Part shown: piece by piece, positions 1 to 11,347 of the stretch
Layout: each line of letters begins with the position of its first letter
Numbering within the stretch: position 1 is the first letter of the stretch
DNA from: Vulcanimicrobiota bacterium
GTDB taxonomy: Bacteria > Vulcanimicrobiota > Vulcanimicrobiia > Eremiobacterales > Eremiobacteraceae
DNA length: 64,000 bases
Assembly (NCBI GenBank): GCA_963805945.1
Contig: CAWDVP010000002.1
Coordinates: 544,001-608,000, forward strand
Direction: 5' to 3'
The notes under the pieces: generated by a model
Told to the model about the DNA's origin: nothing
Seen by the model: only the letters and a program-made list of their open reading frames with translations
The model's database searches: none
Program-made: the position numbers and the translations under genes

Positions 1-3
1 CTA

Positions 4-99
4 TTACGATCCAGAAGGTGCCATCCGCCGATAGATGAGATAAGCCTTGACGGAGCCGGTTGTTATGAACAATTTCCAAAACAGCACTGGAGAAAGCAT
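4..99 (-). CDS. YqzL-like small protein (31 aa, MLSPVLFWKLFITTGSVKAYLIYRRMAPSGS)
   Basis: Read manually, absent from the ORF track. SD AAGGAGGT at 111-118 and extended -10 TGnTATACT at 142-150. The FWKLF-x-TTGS-x-x-AYL-x-Y pattern matches the YqzL family. Confidence 0.75.
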   Translation of the reverse strand: MLSPVLFWKLFITTGSVKAYLIYRRMAPSGS

Positions 100-141
100 C
101 TAGATGCCTGACCTCCTTCGCACTCCTGTTCGCCGGCCCTG

Positions 142-170
142 AGTATAACATACCGTCCGACACAGAACAA
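142..170 (-). promoter_or_regulatory. Sigma70-type promoter for the YqzL-like gene
   Basis: TTGTTC-17 nt-TATACT with TG extension on the minus strand. Confidence 0.55.
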
Positions 171-206
171 GGGTGTGGAGGACTTGACATTTCGGCGCGA
201 AGCGTT

Positions 207-1016
207 CTATAGAATCTTCGCTGCGCGCGCGAGTTCGTAGAGCAGAATCGACCCTGCCATGGCCACGTTGAGCGAGTCGCCGGCGGGTCGTTGGGGGATG
301 CCGACCTCGATCGCACCGGCCGTCGCAGGTATCCCCTCTAAACCGCGACGTTCGTTGCCCAGAACGAGCGCGGCCCGGCCCGGCAACGACACCGAACGTA
401 CGTCCGATGCCCCGGCCGCAGCGCCGACGATCGTCAGGCCGGTCGAGGCCAGCGCGGAGGCGAGCTGCGACCACTCCCCATAGCGCACGATCGCGACCCG
501 GAACAGCGCCCCCATGCTCGCGCGCACGAGTTTGTCGTTGTACGGCTCGACCGAGGTGGGGCCGAAGCACACCGCGCCGGCGCCGAAGGCCTCCGCGCTG
601 CGCACCAAAGTGCCCGCGTTACCGGGGTCGTCGATGTCGTGGAGGATGAGGGTGAGGGCCGGAGCCGGTGCGGCGGGCAGCACGACGCCGAGAGCCTCAA
701 CGCCGCGTTCCAAGAACGGCACTTGCGCTACGAGGCCTTGCGGCGTGCGCGTCTGCGACAGCGAATCGAGCGTGCGCTCGTCCACCGCGAACGAGGGTGC
801 GCCCGAGGATTCTGACTGCGCGGCGGCATCGTCCACTGCGGCGCTCGCGCCGGGCACGAAGAAGACGGCGCTCGGCACATGGCCGGTCGCGAGCGCCGCG
901 TCGAGCAGCGCCGGCCCTTCGATGAGAAAACACCGCGCCTGGGCGCGGTGTTTCTTGGTGTGGAGCAGACGCGCCGCGCGCACCTGCGAGCTATGGAAGC
1001 CCGCCGCGGCGGCCAC
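207..1016 (-). CDS. TrmH/SpoU family RNA 2'-O-methyltransferase
   Basis: Motifs DPGNAGTLVRSA, LGNERRG and SLNVAMAGSILLYE; typical position after rplT. Confidence 0.92.
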   Translation of the reverse strand: MAAAAGFHSSQVRAARLLHTKKHRAQARCFLIEGPALLDAALATGHVPSAVFFVPGASAAVDDAAAQSESSGAPSFAVDERTLDSLSQTRTPQGLVAQVPFLERGVEALGVVLPAAPAPALTLILHDIDDPGNAGTLVRSAEAFGAGAVCFGPTSVEPYNDKLVRASMGALFRVAIVRYGEWSQLASALASTGLTIVGAAAGASDVRSVSLPGRAALVLGNERRGLEGIPATAGAIEVGIPQRPAGDSLNVAMAGSILLYELARAAKIL

Positions 1017-1021
1017 CGGCG

Positions 1022-1393
1022 TTAGACTCCGGCGGCGGCGGGCGCGTGCTTCTTGGCGATCTCGAGCAGGCGCGCGAACGCCGCTGCGTCGTTGATGGCT
1101 AGATCGGCGAGCACTTTGCGGTTGACGGTGAGGCCCTCTTTCTTGAGGCCGCTCATGAAGCGGCTGTAGGTGAGACCCTCACGTCGCGCCGCGGCGTTGA
1201 TGCGCGCGATCCACAGCGCGCGGAAATCGCGCTTGCGATTGCGCCGGTCGCGAAACGCATAGGTGAGCGCATGCAGCAGCGCTTCGTTCGCCGCCTTGTA
1301 GTTGCGGCCGCGGGCGCCGCGGAAGCCCTTGACCGCCTTCAACACTTTGCGTCGCTTGTTCAGCGACATCATCCCGCGTTTTACTCGTGCCAT
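1022..1393 (-). CDS. rplT: 50S ribosomal protein L20
   Basis: MARVKRG...YAFRDRRNRKRDFRALWIARINAA...NRKVLADLA. Confidence 0.99.
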   Translation of the reverse strand: MARVKRGMMSLNKRRKVLKAVKGFRGARGRNYKAANEALLHALTYAFRDRRNRKRDFRALWIARINAAARREGLTYSRFMSGLKKEGLTVNRKVLADLAINDAAAFARLLEIAKKHAPAAAGV

Positions 1394-1419
1394 TGTGACG
1401 TTTCCCTATCCCGTCGCCA

Positions 1420-1623
1420 TTAGGCGTACGGCAGCTTGAGCTTGATCTTGAGCCGATCCGTCTTGTCCACGACCACCTGCTTGCGGAACTTGCGGATCCG
1501 CTTCGGCGACTTCTTGGTGAGGATGTGGCTGCATCCGGAGAACTGGCGCTCGCGCACGAACTTGCCCGTGCCCGTGACCTTCACGCGCTTGGCGGTGCTG
1601 CGATGCGTTTTCAATTTAGGCAT
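1420..1623 (-). CDS. rpmI: 50S ribosomal protein L35
   Basis: MPKLKTHRSTAKRVKVTGTGK...HILTKKS; lies between infC and rplT. Confidence 0.97.
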   Translation of the reverse strand: MPKLKTHRSTAKRVKVTGTGKFVRERQFSGCSHILTKKSPKRIRKFRKQVVVDKTDRLKIKLKLPYA

Positions 1624-2239
1624 TATTGACCTCAAGTGACTTGGGTTGGTGATGCTTGCCGTGTTCTGCGGCTTGCGCCGCCGCCGCGATGTGCGCCGCC
1701 TTGGCGGCGCTGTGCGCGGCGACCACTTCCGGCTTGGGCGACAGGATCATGAACATGTTGCGCCCTTCCAGCCGTGGTTCGCGCTCGACGATGGCGAGCG
1801 GTGCGGTGTCCTGCGCGACGCGGTCGAGCAATCTGCGGCCGTGTTGCGAGTACGAGATCTCTCGTCCGCGGAACATGATGGTCACTTTCACCTTGTCGCC
1901 GTCCTGGAGCAGCCGTTCGGCGGTGTGGAACTTCACCATGTAGTCGTGGTCGTCGATCTTCGGTCGGAGCTTGACCTCTTTGAGCTCCATCTTATGCGAT
2001 TTCTTGCGCGTCTCGCGGTCCTTCTTGTCCTGCTCGTAGCGGAGCCGGCCGTAATCGTCGAGGCGGCATACCGGCGGCACCGCGGTGGGCGAGACTTCGA
2101 TCAGGTCGACCCCGCGCTCCCGGGCGAGCCGGATGGCGTCGTAGGTGGACATGATGCCGAGTTGGGCTCCGTCATCCGCGATGACGCGGACCTGGGGGAC
2201 GCGGATCTGTTCGTTGACGCGAAGCGCTTTGGTGCTAAT
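1616..2239 (-). CDS. infC: Translation initiation factor IF-3, probable AUU start, Ala/His-rich C-terminal tail
   Basis: The frame extends upstream of the ORF-track Met to ATT-AGC-ACC-AAA-GCG-CTT-CGC-GTC-AAC-GAA-CAG-ATC (ISTKALRVNEQIR); motifs KEVKLRPKIDDHD and KVKVTIMFRGRE. Confidence 0.95.
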   Translation of the reverse strand: MSTKALRVNEQIRVPQVRVIADDGAQLGIMSTYDAIRLARERGVDLIEVSPTAVPPVCRLDDYGRLRYEQDKKDRETRKKSHKMELKEVKLRPKIDDHDYMVKFHTAERLLQDGDKVKVTIMFRGREISYSQHGRRLLDRVAQDTAPLAIVEREPRLEGRNMFMILSPKPEVVAAHSAAKAAHIAAAAQAAEHGKHHQPKSLEVNNA

Positions 2240-2302
2240 GGCGGCTGCGCTCGCCGCGCGTCATCTCAATGGTAAGCGTTGGCGACCTCCTCATGGTACG
2301 CG

Positions 2303-2432
2303 AACAAAAAAAGCCCGCGTGCTGCAGGCTACCCTCAAAGACAAAGCGTGTGCTTGTGATTGCGGCCTTCGTCTTTGTGCGACCGGACTGGCAGCCGGAT
2401 GGCGCCGTACGGTGCGAAGGGTAGTCGTTTAG
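2303..2432 (-). promoter_or_regulatory. Structured 5' leader with intrinsic terminator (putative L20-leader attenuator)
   Basis: Minus-strand hairpin AGCCTGC-AGCAC-GCGGGCT followed by a T7 run upstream of infC; CTACCCT...AGGGTAG long-range pairing. Confidence 0.6.
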
Positions 2433-2441
2433 TGCCCCCGG

Positions 2442-2471
2442 ATTATATCAGGCAGCGCGTCGAACCGTCAA
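2442..2471 (-). promoter_or_regulatory. Sigma70-type promoter of the infC-rpmI-rplT operon
   Basis: TTGACG-18 nt-TATAAT with TG extension. Confidence 0.75.
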
Positions 2472-2517
2472 CCTTTGGCGGGTTTCCGTGAGCGGGACGC
2501 ACGTCATTCGGGCCTTT

Positions 2518-2880
2518 TCACTCGCTTAGGATCTTGTTCGACCACTCCACCAAAGCGACGAGAGTCGCCGGCGTCGCGAACGTCGCGTTCTTACCGGCCA
2601 GATCCGCTTGTTCGACCCCACGGGCCTTCGAGCAAGCGGTTCAGACATGGATCGGGATCTTGAGGCCGATCGTGCGGACGAGGACCTCGCGCAGCGGCGG
2701 CCAGCCGATCGGCTGAATCGTGTCTGCCACCGCCGTGCGCATGAGCGACACGGCCTCGCCCAAGAGGAAGATCTGGACCTCGTTGCCGGATTCGGCGAAC
2801 GCGTTGGCGTGGAGAAAGCCGAACGCGGCTTTGGTGTGGTCGTCGGCGCCCCACGCGCTCTTGATCAAGACCTTGCTCAC
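2518..2880 (-). CDS. DsrE family selenoprotein (UxxC motif, Sec at UGA 2641-2643), 120 aa
   Basis: DsrE N-terminus (IFLLGEAV). The in-frame TGA sits at the conserved Cys position and the frame continues as TACSKARGVEQADLAGKNATFATPATLVALVEWSNKILSE, completing the fold. Confidence 0.85.
2604..2643 (-). promoter_or_regulatory. Bacterial SECIS-like hairpin
   Basis: mRNA UGA-A-CCGCUUG-C-UCGA-AGG-CCC-GUG-GGG-UCGA-A-CAAGCGG; G-initiated apical loop 19 nt after the UGA. Confidence 0.7.
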
Positions 2881-3242
2881 GATGTCGTCACCTTGGCTTC
2901 TCCGCCGCGCGGACCCCAGAAGATCACCCAGGTGGCGAAGTCGTCGCTGAAATGCTCGAAGCGATGCGCGACGCCCGCCGGCACGAACAGCACATCGTGC
3001 GGGCCGAACTCGCGCCGGCTCTCGCCGTTACGGAACCAGCCGTGCCCCGAGATGATGACGTAGAGCTCGTCTCTGCCGTGCGGCGTTTGCGGATCGTCGC
3101 CGCGCGGGGCGTAGTACTCGAGCTCCATCGTGCCGTGCGCCATGACGTGCACGGAGATGTCGTCGGTGAGCGGCGTCGCGGCAGCCGCCGCCGCGGTCGC
3201 GTGGTCCGAGCTTCGCTCGGGCACCATAGGCTCAGGCTCCAT
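2877..3242 (-). CDS. Cupin domain protein
   Basis: QTPHGRDELYVIISG...FVPAGVAHRF cupin motifs; stop overlaps the DsrE start (GTGA). Confidence 0.88.
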   Translation of the reverse strand: MEPEPMVPERSSDHATAAAAAATPLTDDISVHVMAHGTMELEYYAPRGDDPQTPHGRDELYVIISGHGWFRNGESRREFGPHDVLFVPAGVAHRFEHFSDDFATWVIFWGPRGGEAKVTTS

Positions 3243-3367
3243 GCCGATGCGTTCGCCGGTGCGCCGCCGCACACTCTACAGCGCAGGCGAGCCCTGTCCA
3301 CAGCGCGAAAAACCACCCGGCAGCCCCTTATAGTAAGGATAGAAGGCGCGCGAAGGGACACCGATTC

Positions 3368-5075
<1,708 letters not shown>

Positions 5076-5078
5076 AGC

Positions 5079-5486
5079 ATGGCGCGCCCGATCCGCATCC
5101 TTGTCGCCAAAGCCGGTCTTGACGGTCACGATCGCGGGGCGAAGGTCATCGCCCGCGCGCTCCGCGACGCCGGCTGCGAGGTGATCTACACCGGCCTGCA
5201 CCAGACGCCCGAGCAGGTCGTCGAGGCCGCGATCCAAGAGGACGTCGACGGCATCGGTCTCTCGATCTTGTCGGGCGCGCACGGCACGCTGTTCCCTCGC
5301 ATCAAGCAGTTGCTCGATGAGGCGAAAGCGAGCGACATCGTGCTCTTCGGCGGCGGCACGATCCCGAACGAGGACATCCAGCCGCTGCTCGACGCCGGCG
5401 TCGCCGCGGTGTTCACGCCGGGCACGCCGATGGCGACCATCGTCGACTTCGTGCGCCGCGAATGCGGCAAGCGAGTCGAAGCATAG
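5079..5486 (+). CDS. icmB: Acyl-CoA mutase small subunit, cobalamin-binding
   Basis: [15 protein letters not shown] (DxHxxG), [15 protein letters not shown]. Confidence 0.9.
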   Translation: MARPIRILVAKAGLDGHDRGAKVIARALRDAGCEVIYTGLHQTPEQVVEAAIQEDVDGIGLSILSGAHGTLFPRIKQLLDEAKASDIVLFGGGTIPNEDIQPLLDAGVAAVFTPGTPMATIVDFVRRECGKRVEA

Positions 5487-5518
5487 GTAAGGACGACAGC
5501 ACTCTGAGGGCGCCGCAC

Positions 5519-7013
5519 GTGAGAGTGCGGTTTGCGCCCAGCCCGACCGGCTATCTGCACGTGGGCGGCGCGCGCACCGCGCTCTTCAATTGGCTCTTCG
5601 CCCGTCATAACGGCGGTGAGTTCGTGTTGCGCGTCGAGGACACCGACGCGACGCGCTACTCCGACGAATACGTCGACGCGATCTATCGCGCGCTGCGCTG
5701 GCTCGATCTCGACTGGGACGAAGGGCCGGACGTCGGCGGGCCGTTCGGGCCGTATCGCCAGCGCGAGCGCATCGCCTCGCATCGCGCGGCGGCGCAGGAG
5801 CTGATGGCGCGCGGCGCGGCTTATGAATGTTTTTGCGGCCCGCGCGCCGTCGAAGAACCGGCGGAAGGCGATGACGCGCCCGAAACGGAGACGGCTGCCG
5901 CGCCGGAGCGCATGACTTGCAAGTGCGCGGTCCTTGATCAGAAGAAGCGCGAGGAGCTGCGCGGTCAGGGCATCCGGCCGGCGCTCCGCATGCGCGTCGA
6001 CCCCACGCGCGCGATCCTGGTGGACGACATGGTGCGCGGGAAGGTGGAGTTCCCGGCGGGCTCGCTCGACGATTTCATCATCGTCAAGAGCGACGGCGGC
6101 CCGCTCTACAATTTCGCGGTCGACGGTCGACGATCACGCGATGGAGATCTCGCACGTCATCCGCGGCGAAGAGCATCTCGCGAACACGCCCAAGCAGCTG
6201 CTCATCTACGAGGCGCTGGGCTGGCAGCCGCCGCGCTTCGCGCACATCCCGATCATCCTCAACGAAGCGCGCCGCAAGCTGAGCAAGCGCGACGGCGCGA
6301 CCTTCGTCAACGAATACGAGGATATGGGCTACCTGCCCGACGCGCTCGACAACTTCTTGGCGCTGCTGGGCTGGTCGCCCGGCGGCAACCGTGAGCTGAT
6401 GACGCGCGAGGAGATGATCCGCGACTTCACCATCGAGGGCGTCGTCAAGCACGCCGCGATCTTCGACCACGCCAAGCTCGCGTGGATGAACAAAGAGTAC
6501 TTGAAGGCGCTGCCGCCGCAGGAGCTGGCGCAGCGCGTCGCCGCGCTGCTCGCGACGCGCACGCCGCCGCCAGACCGCATCGACGAGGCGCACGTCGCGC
6601 GCGTCACCGCGTTGCTGCAGGAGCGGGCGCGGACCGTCGTCGAGATCGCCGATCAGGGCGCATATTTCTTCACGCGCGGTCCGGTCGAGCCGGCGCCCGA
6701 AGCGCTCGCGAAGTACTGCGCGACGCCGGAGGCCCTCGAGCGTCTACGAGAGGTGCGGATTGCACTTGCTGGAGCGGTCGACTTCGCGTCGACCGACATA
6801 GAAGTCGCCATTCGAGGCCTCGCCGAGCGGTCGGGCCACAAGGCCGCTGCGTTCATCCATCCTCTGCGCGTGGCGCTCACCGGTCAATCGGTGAGCCCCG
6901 GCATCTTCGAGGTCACGAGCATCCTGGGGCGCGAGGTCGCGCTCGCGCGCATCGACGCGCTGCTCGCGCGGCTGCAGACCTCGCCCGCCGTCGCGGCGAA
7001 GGGCGGGTCATGA
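5519..7013 (+). CDS. gltX: Glutamate--tRNA ligase (frameshift near 6121)
   Basis: RVRFAPSPTGYLHVGGARTAL, DDHAMEISHVIRGEEHLANT, KLSKR. Confidence 0.96.
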
Positions 7014-8365
7014 GCACCGCGCGCGCGATCATATTGGCGGCAGGCAAAGGCACGCGCATGAAGAGCCGTGTGCCGAAGGTGCTGCACGAGCTGTGCGGCC
7101 GCACGATGTTCGAGCACGTGCTCCACGCTGTCAGGGATGCCGGCATCAGCGACATCCTCGCCGTGGTGAACGCCGATCTGCGCGCCCCGATCGAGGCGTT
7201 CGGCGTGCGCACGCTCGTGCAAGAGCCGCAGAACGGCACCGGTCACGCAGCGCAACTCGCGATGGCAGCGCTCGCGGGCGATGATCCCGTGCTCATCGTC
7301 AGCGCGGACATGCCGCTGCTGCCGGCGCGAACTGCTCGCGTCGGTCGTCGGCGTTCGAGGCACAACCGGCGCCGCCGCCGCGCTCGTCACCGCCGACGTG
7401 CCGCTGCCGACCGCATTCGGCAGGATCGTGCGCTCGCGCGGCTCGGTCGCGCGCATCGTCGAGCACGCGGACGCGACGCCGCAAGAGCGTCTGGTCGACA
7501 GAAGTGAACGCGGGCGTCTACTGCTTCGACGCGCCGTCGCTGCGCACGTATCTCGCGGGCTTGAGCGCCGCCAACGCGCAGAAGGAGCTCTATCTCACCG
7601 ACTGCATCGAGGCGGCGGTCGAGGCAGGCGCGCTCGTCGAGGCGGTCACCGCCAAGAATCATCGCGACGTCATCGGGGTCAACACTCGCGTCGACCTCGC
7701 GCTGGCGCGCGCGATCATGCAGCGGCGCATCCTGCGCGCGCACATGCTCGCGGGGGTGACGATCGTCGACCCTATGACGGCCTACGTCGACGCCGACGTC
7801 GAACTCGCCCCCGATGTCGCGTTGCTGCCGCAGACCCACGTGCTTGGCACCAGCCGCGTGGGGCGCGGTGCGCGCATCGGACCCGAACACGAGCGTCATC
7901 AACGCCGAGATCGGCGAGGGCGCGGTCATCACGTATTCAGTGGTGCGTGACTCGAAGATCGGCGAGGGCGCGACGCTCGGCCCGTTCGCGCACGTGCGCG
8001 GTGGTACGGAGATCGCGGCGGGCGCGCACATCGGCAACTTCGTCGAGCTCAAGAACACGAAGATGGGCCGCGGTGCGAAGGCGAGCCATCTGTCGTACCT
8101 CGGCGACGCTGAGATCGGCGAGAACGCGAACATCGGCGCGGGCACGATCACGTGCAACTACGACGGCAACCGCAAGAACAAGACGAAGATCGGCGCACGC
8201 GCCTTCATCGGCTCGAACACCTCACTTGTCGCGCCGGTGGAAATCGGTGAAGATGCATTGACCGGCGCTGGCGCGGTCGTCACGCACGACGTGCCGCCCG
8301 GCGGACGGGTCGCCGGCAATCCCGCTCGTCCGCTGCGCGATAAGGAGCGTTCCGACACGCCATGA
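7010..8365 (+). CDS. glmU: Bifunctional UDP-GlcNAc pyrophosphorylase/acetyltransferase (frameshifts near 7325, 7500 and 7885)
   Basis: [51 protein letters not shown]. Confidence 0.96.
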
Positions 8366-9603
8366 GCGCCGTCTCGCACGGCTCGTACGTCGTCGCGACG
8401 GCGTTCTTGCTGCTCGCCGCCGCCATCGTGATCGCGCAAGGCTTGATCATCGTGCGGCTGCGCCGTCGCTCCGCGCGCGCCGAGCGGCGCTTCGAGATGC
8501 TCCAGCACATCGCGCCCGCGCTCAGCGGCGCCGCGGCCGAATCCACCGCCGCCACCTGCGAGCGCATCCTCGATCGGTGCAGCGCGCTCGTGCGCGCGCA
8601 GTCGTTGCTCTGCTTCTACGTCGAAGATGCGCACCTTGTGCTCGGCGCGCGGACCGGCGGCGGCTACGTCGATTTCCTCAAGGAAGGCGACGCCTACGAC
8701 GGCGAGACGATCGCCGACTGGGTGCGCCGCGAGGGTAGGGCCGCGATCGTCGGGCCCGCGCCCGCCGCGCTGCCGCCCGATCTCGGCGTGTACGATCTCA
8801 CCGTCGAAGCGGATAGAGTCGCGGCGGGGCCGATCGCGGGCAGCCGCGACACCGTATGGTGCGTCGCGGTGCCGCTCATGCGTCCGCCCACCGGCAGTGA
8901 GCGCTCGGCGGTCATCGGCGTCGTGTATGCCGACCGTCCGAAGACCGAGCCGTTCCGCGAAGACGATGTGACGACGCTGCTCACCATCGCACACCTCGCT
9001 GGCGACGCTCTGGCGCGCGCGCTCTTCGCCGACCGCGTGAAGCACGAGGCTTCGCGCGACGCGCTCACCGGCCTGCTCAGCCCGGCGGGCTTCCGCAAGC
9101 GGCTACGTGCAGAAGTGGACGCGCGCCGGAATGAGACGCGCCGCGGCGCCAACCGCGACGTCGCGCTGTTCTTCATCGACACCGATCACTTCAAGGTCTG
9201 GAACGACACTCACGGGCACCCGTCGGGCGACCAACTGCTCCGTCGTCTCGCCGCGATGTTCGCGCAGACGGCGGAACAAGCGCACGGCTTCGCCGGCCGC
9301 AACGGCGGCGACGAGTTCTGCATCGCGCTCCTCGACCGCAACAAAGACGCCTCGATCCAGCTCGCGCAAGACCTGTGCTCGAGCGTGGCGGTCGCCGACT
9401 TCGCGTCGCTCGTGCCGAACTCGGTGACGCCCGGCGTGCACATCACGGTGAGCATCGGCGTGGCGCACTTCCCGATGGACGTGCCGCCCGATGATCGCCA
9501 ACCGACCGAGCGGCTCTTGGAAGCGGCCGATCAGCGCATGTACGAGGCCAAGCACGCGGGGCGTAATCAAGTGGCGTATTCACGCGCGCGCTTGCGCGCC
9601 TAG
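8362..9603 (+). CDS. Membrane-anchored GAF-GGDEF diguanylate cyclase
   Basis: N-terminal TM segment, GAF-like region, [14 protein letters not shown] and RNGGDEF. Confidence 0.88.
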   Translation: MSAVSHGSYVVATAFLLLAAAIVIAQGLIIVRLRRRSARAERRFEMLQHIAPALSGAAAESTAATCERILDRCSALVRAQSLLCFYVEDAHLVLGARTGGGYVDFLKEGDAYDGETIADWVRREGRAAIVGPAPAALPPDLGVYDLTVEADRVAAGPIAGSRDTVWCVAVPLMRPPTGSERSAVIGVVYADRPKTEPFREDDVTTLLTIAHLAGDALARALFADRVKHEASRDALTGLLSPAGFRKRLRAEVDARRNETRRGANRDVALFFIDTDHFKVWNDTHGHPSGDQLLRRLAAMFAQTAEQAHGFAGRNGGDEFCIALLDRNKDASIQLAQDLCSSVAVADFASLVPNSVTPGVHITVSIGVAHFPMDVPPDDRQPTERLLEAADQRMYEAKHAGRNQVAYSRARLRA

Positions 9604-9624
9604 AACGGTCAATTCGAACTCGAT

Positions 9625-10173
9625 ATGCGGATGAAGGCTTCGTCGAACATACGGACGCAGCGCTTGACAGGCCGCCGGATTCAGCGAAACGATCTCGCAT
9701 ACGTCATCGAAGGCGATCGCGACATCCGCATTCAGCGCTGGCTCTTCGGCAAGGTCTACACCGAAGAGGAATCCCGCGAGCGCCATGCCCGCTGGATGCA
9801 AGCGTGGCATGATGCCGGCTTCGGGTTTTGGATCTTCAGAGAAACTAAGGGCGCGATCGTCGGACATGGGGGCCTTTTCTGGTCTCCGCGCGAGCAAGGC
9901 GAGGTCGAAGTCGGCTACGCGCTTAAACCAGAGCACTGGGGGCGCGGCTTTGCGACCGAGATGACGCGGCTCTCGCTCGAGGTCGGCTTCGAGCAACTGG
10001 GCTTGCGGCGGATCATCGGCATCGCGCAAGGCGTCAATATGGCGTCGCGACGCGTCATGGAGAAATGCGGGATGAGCTTCGAAGCGGCAACGCCGTCACC
10101 CGACGGTGTCGACAGCGCCCGCTACGCGATCGAAGCGCGTTCGCAGAACGAGACCGCGCGAGCGGTCGAATGA
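9625..10173 (+). CDS. GNAT acetyltransferase (RimJ/RimL type)
   Basis: EVGYALKPEHWGRGFATE, NMASRRVMEKCGM. Confidence 0.88.
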   Translation: MRMKASSNIRTQRLTGRRIQRNDLAYVIEGDRDIRIQRWLFGKVYTEEESRERHARWMQAWHDAGFGFWIFRETKGAIVGHGGLFWSPREQGEVEVGYALKPEHWGRGFATEMTRLSLEVGFEQLGLRRIIGIAQGVNMASRRVMEKCGMSFEAATPSPDGVDSARYAIEARSQNETARAVE

Positions 10174-10188
10174 ATTCGACCGCTCCAT
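10160..10188 (-). repeat. REP-like palindrome, family 2 (ATGGAGCGGTCGAATTCATTCGACCGCTC)
   Basis: Imperfect palindrome recurring at 53418, 57986 and 58648; contains the GNAT stop codon. Confidence 0.8.
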
Positions 10189-10200
10189 GAGTCGTTCAGC

Positions 10201-10752
10201 TCAGTAGCCGGAGCGTTCCGGCGACGTGCGCTTGATCGTCACGCCGAAGCACTCGATCACCCACTCCAAGCCGCGCCAGAACCGCGTCGCGTCGAGGATC
10301 GGATTCAAGAAGTTCGTCGTCGTGCAGAAGCGGTATGCGTACGGCCGCTTGTGGTGTTCGCCGTGGTGGCCGACCGACTGGAAGAGCCCAAGGCGCTGCA
10401 GCCCGCGTACCCAGAAGGGGACGCTCTGCGAATGCGCCCACTTGTGGATCTGGTTGGACTGCGATGCGATCAGCACCGTCAGGTACGCCTGCCACGCGTG
10501 CACGTGGAAAGCGACCAAGATCCCCGCTACGACCACGGCGAGCGCGACCGTGACGAGGTTCGTCTCCCAATAGCCCTTGTTGCGCATCGAGCCGGGGCGG
10601 CGATGATGATCGATGTTGGGCAAGATGACCCACTTGTCCAAGAACGCAGACTTGCCGGGCGCGCCCCACGTGTCTTCGGCCCAGTGCCCAAGACCCGAGA
10701 TGAGGTCCGCGATCAAGAAACATACCAGCACATTCAATAGGATGTAAAGCAT
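10201..10752 (-). CDS. CarF/TMEM189 (Kua, FAD4-like) lipid desaturase family protein
   Basis: ADLISGLGHWAEDTWG, IDHH, QIHKWAH, HHGEHH, FCTTTNFLNPILD; SD GGAGG. Confidence 0.88.
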   Translation of the reverse strand: MLYILLNVLVCFLIADLISGLGHWAEDTWGAPGKSAFLDKWVILPNIDHHRRPGSMRNKGYWETNLVTVALAVVVAGILVAFHVHAWQAYLTVLIASQSNQIHKWAHSQSVPFWVRGLQRLGLFQSVGHHGEHHKRPYAYRFCTTTNFLNPILDATRFWRGLEWVIECFGVTIKRTSPERSGY

Positions 10753-10869
10753 GACGGCCTCCTGTGGCAGTGCCACGGGGCCATGGTAGCGTTGGTGCCT
10801 GGTACGGGGAGTCCGTGAGATTACGTATTCGGCCCTCGGCGTATACGGAGGGGCCGGAAAGTGATGCGG

Positions 10870-11268
10870 CTAGGGGCTTTCCGCGTAGCCCTCCATCATG
10901 AGCGCGTACAGCGTTGCGGCGTCGCGCCGCGGTACGCCCCATTCGCGCAGCGCCTGGACGTCAAAACCCGTGTTGGTATGGGTCACGAGCGTCCAGCGGC
11001 AATAGCGTTTGACGAGCAGCGCTTCCTCGGTCATCTGCTCCTGCGACATCGGCCATGCCGCCAGTGCGTGGTCATGCACGATATAGATCCGATACGCATT
11101 GTCGGTCGGCACGCCCACGAGTCCGAGCGCCGCGATCTGCTCTTCGTCGGTCGCACCGCCGTGCCCGAAGCGCGGGCACAGCGTGAAATACAAGACGAGC
11201 AGCGCAAGAACGCTGATCGTGCCGATCAGCCAGGGCGCTCGACGCGTAGGCGGGGGCGCGCTCTTCAT
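10870..11268 (-). CDS. Hypothetical membrane-anchored protein
   Basis: N-terminal hydrophobic segment WLIGTISVLALLVLYFTL; coding-like codon bias. Confidence 0.55.
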   Translation of the reverse strand: MKSAPPPTRRAPWLIGTISVLALLVLYFTLCPRFGHGGATDEEQIAALGLVGVPTDNAYRIYIVHDHALAAWPMSQEQMTEEALLVKRYCRWTLVTHTNTGFDVQALREWGVPRRDAATLYALMMEGYAESP

Positions 11269-11347
11269 ACTAGAGAGCATCGGCCGATCACAACCGGAAG
11301 AGCACTCGACGATCTCGCGCGCGACCGCGAGCGCTCTTGCCGGTGTG

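Noticed and set aside
9602..9622. Possible degenerate family-2 REP upstream of the GNAT gene (GAACGGTCAATTCGAACTC)
   Set aside because: Too short and divergent to form the hairpin.
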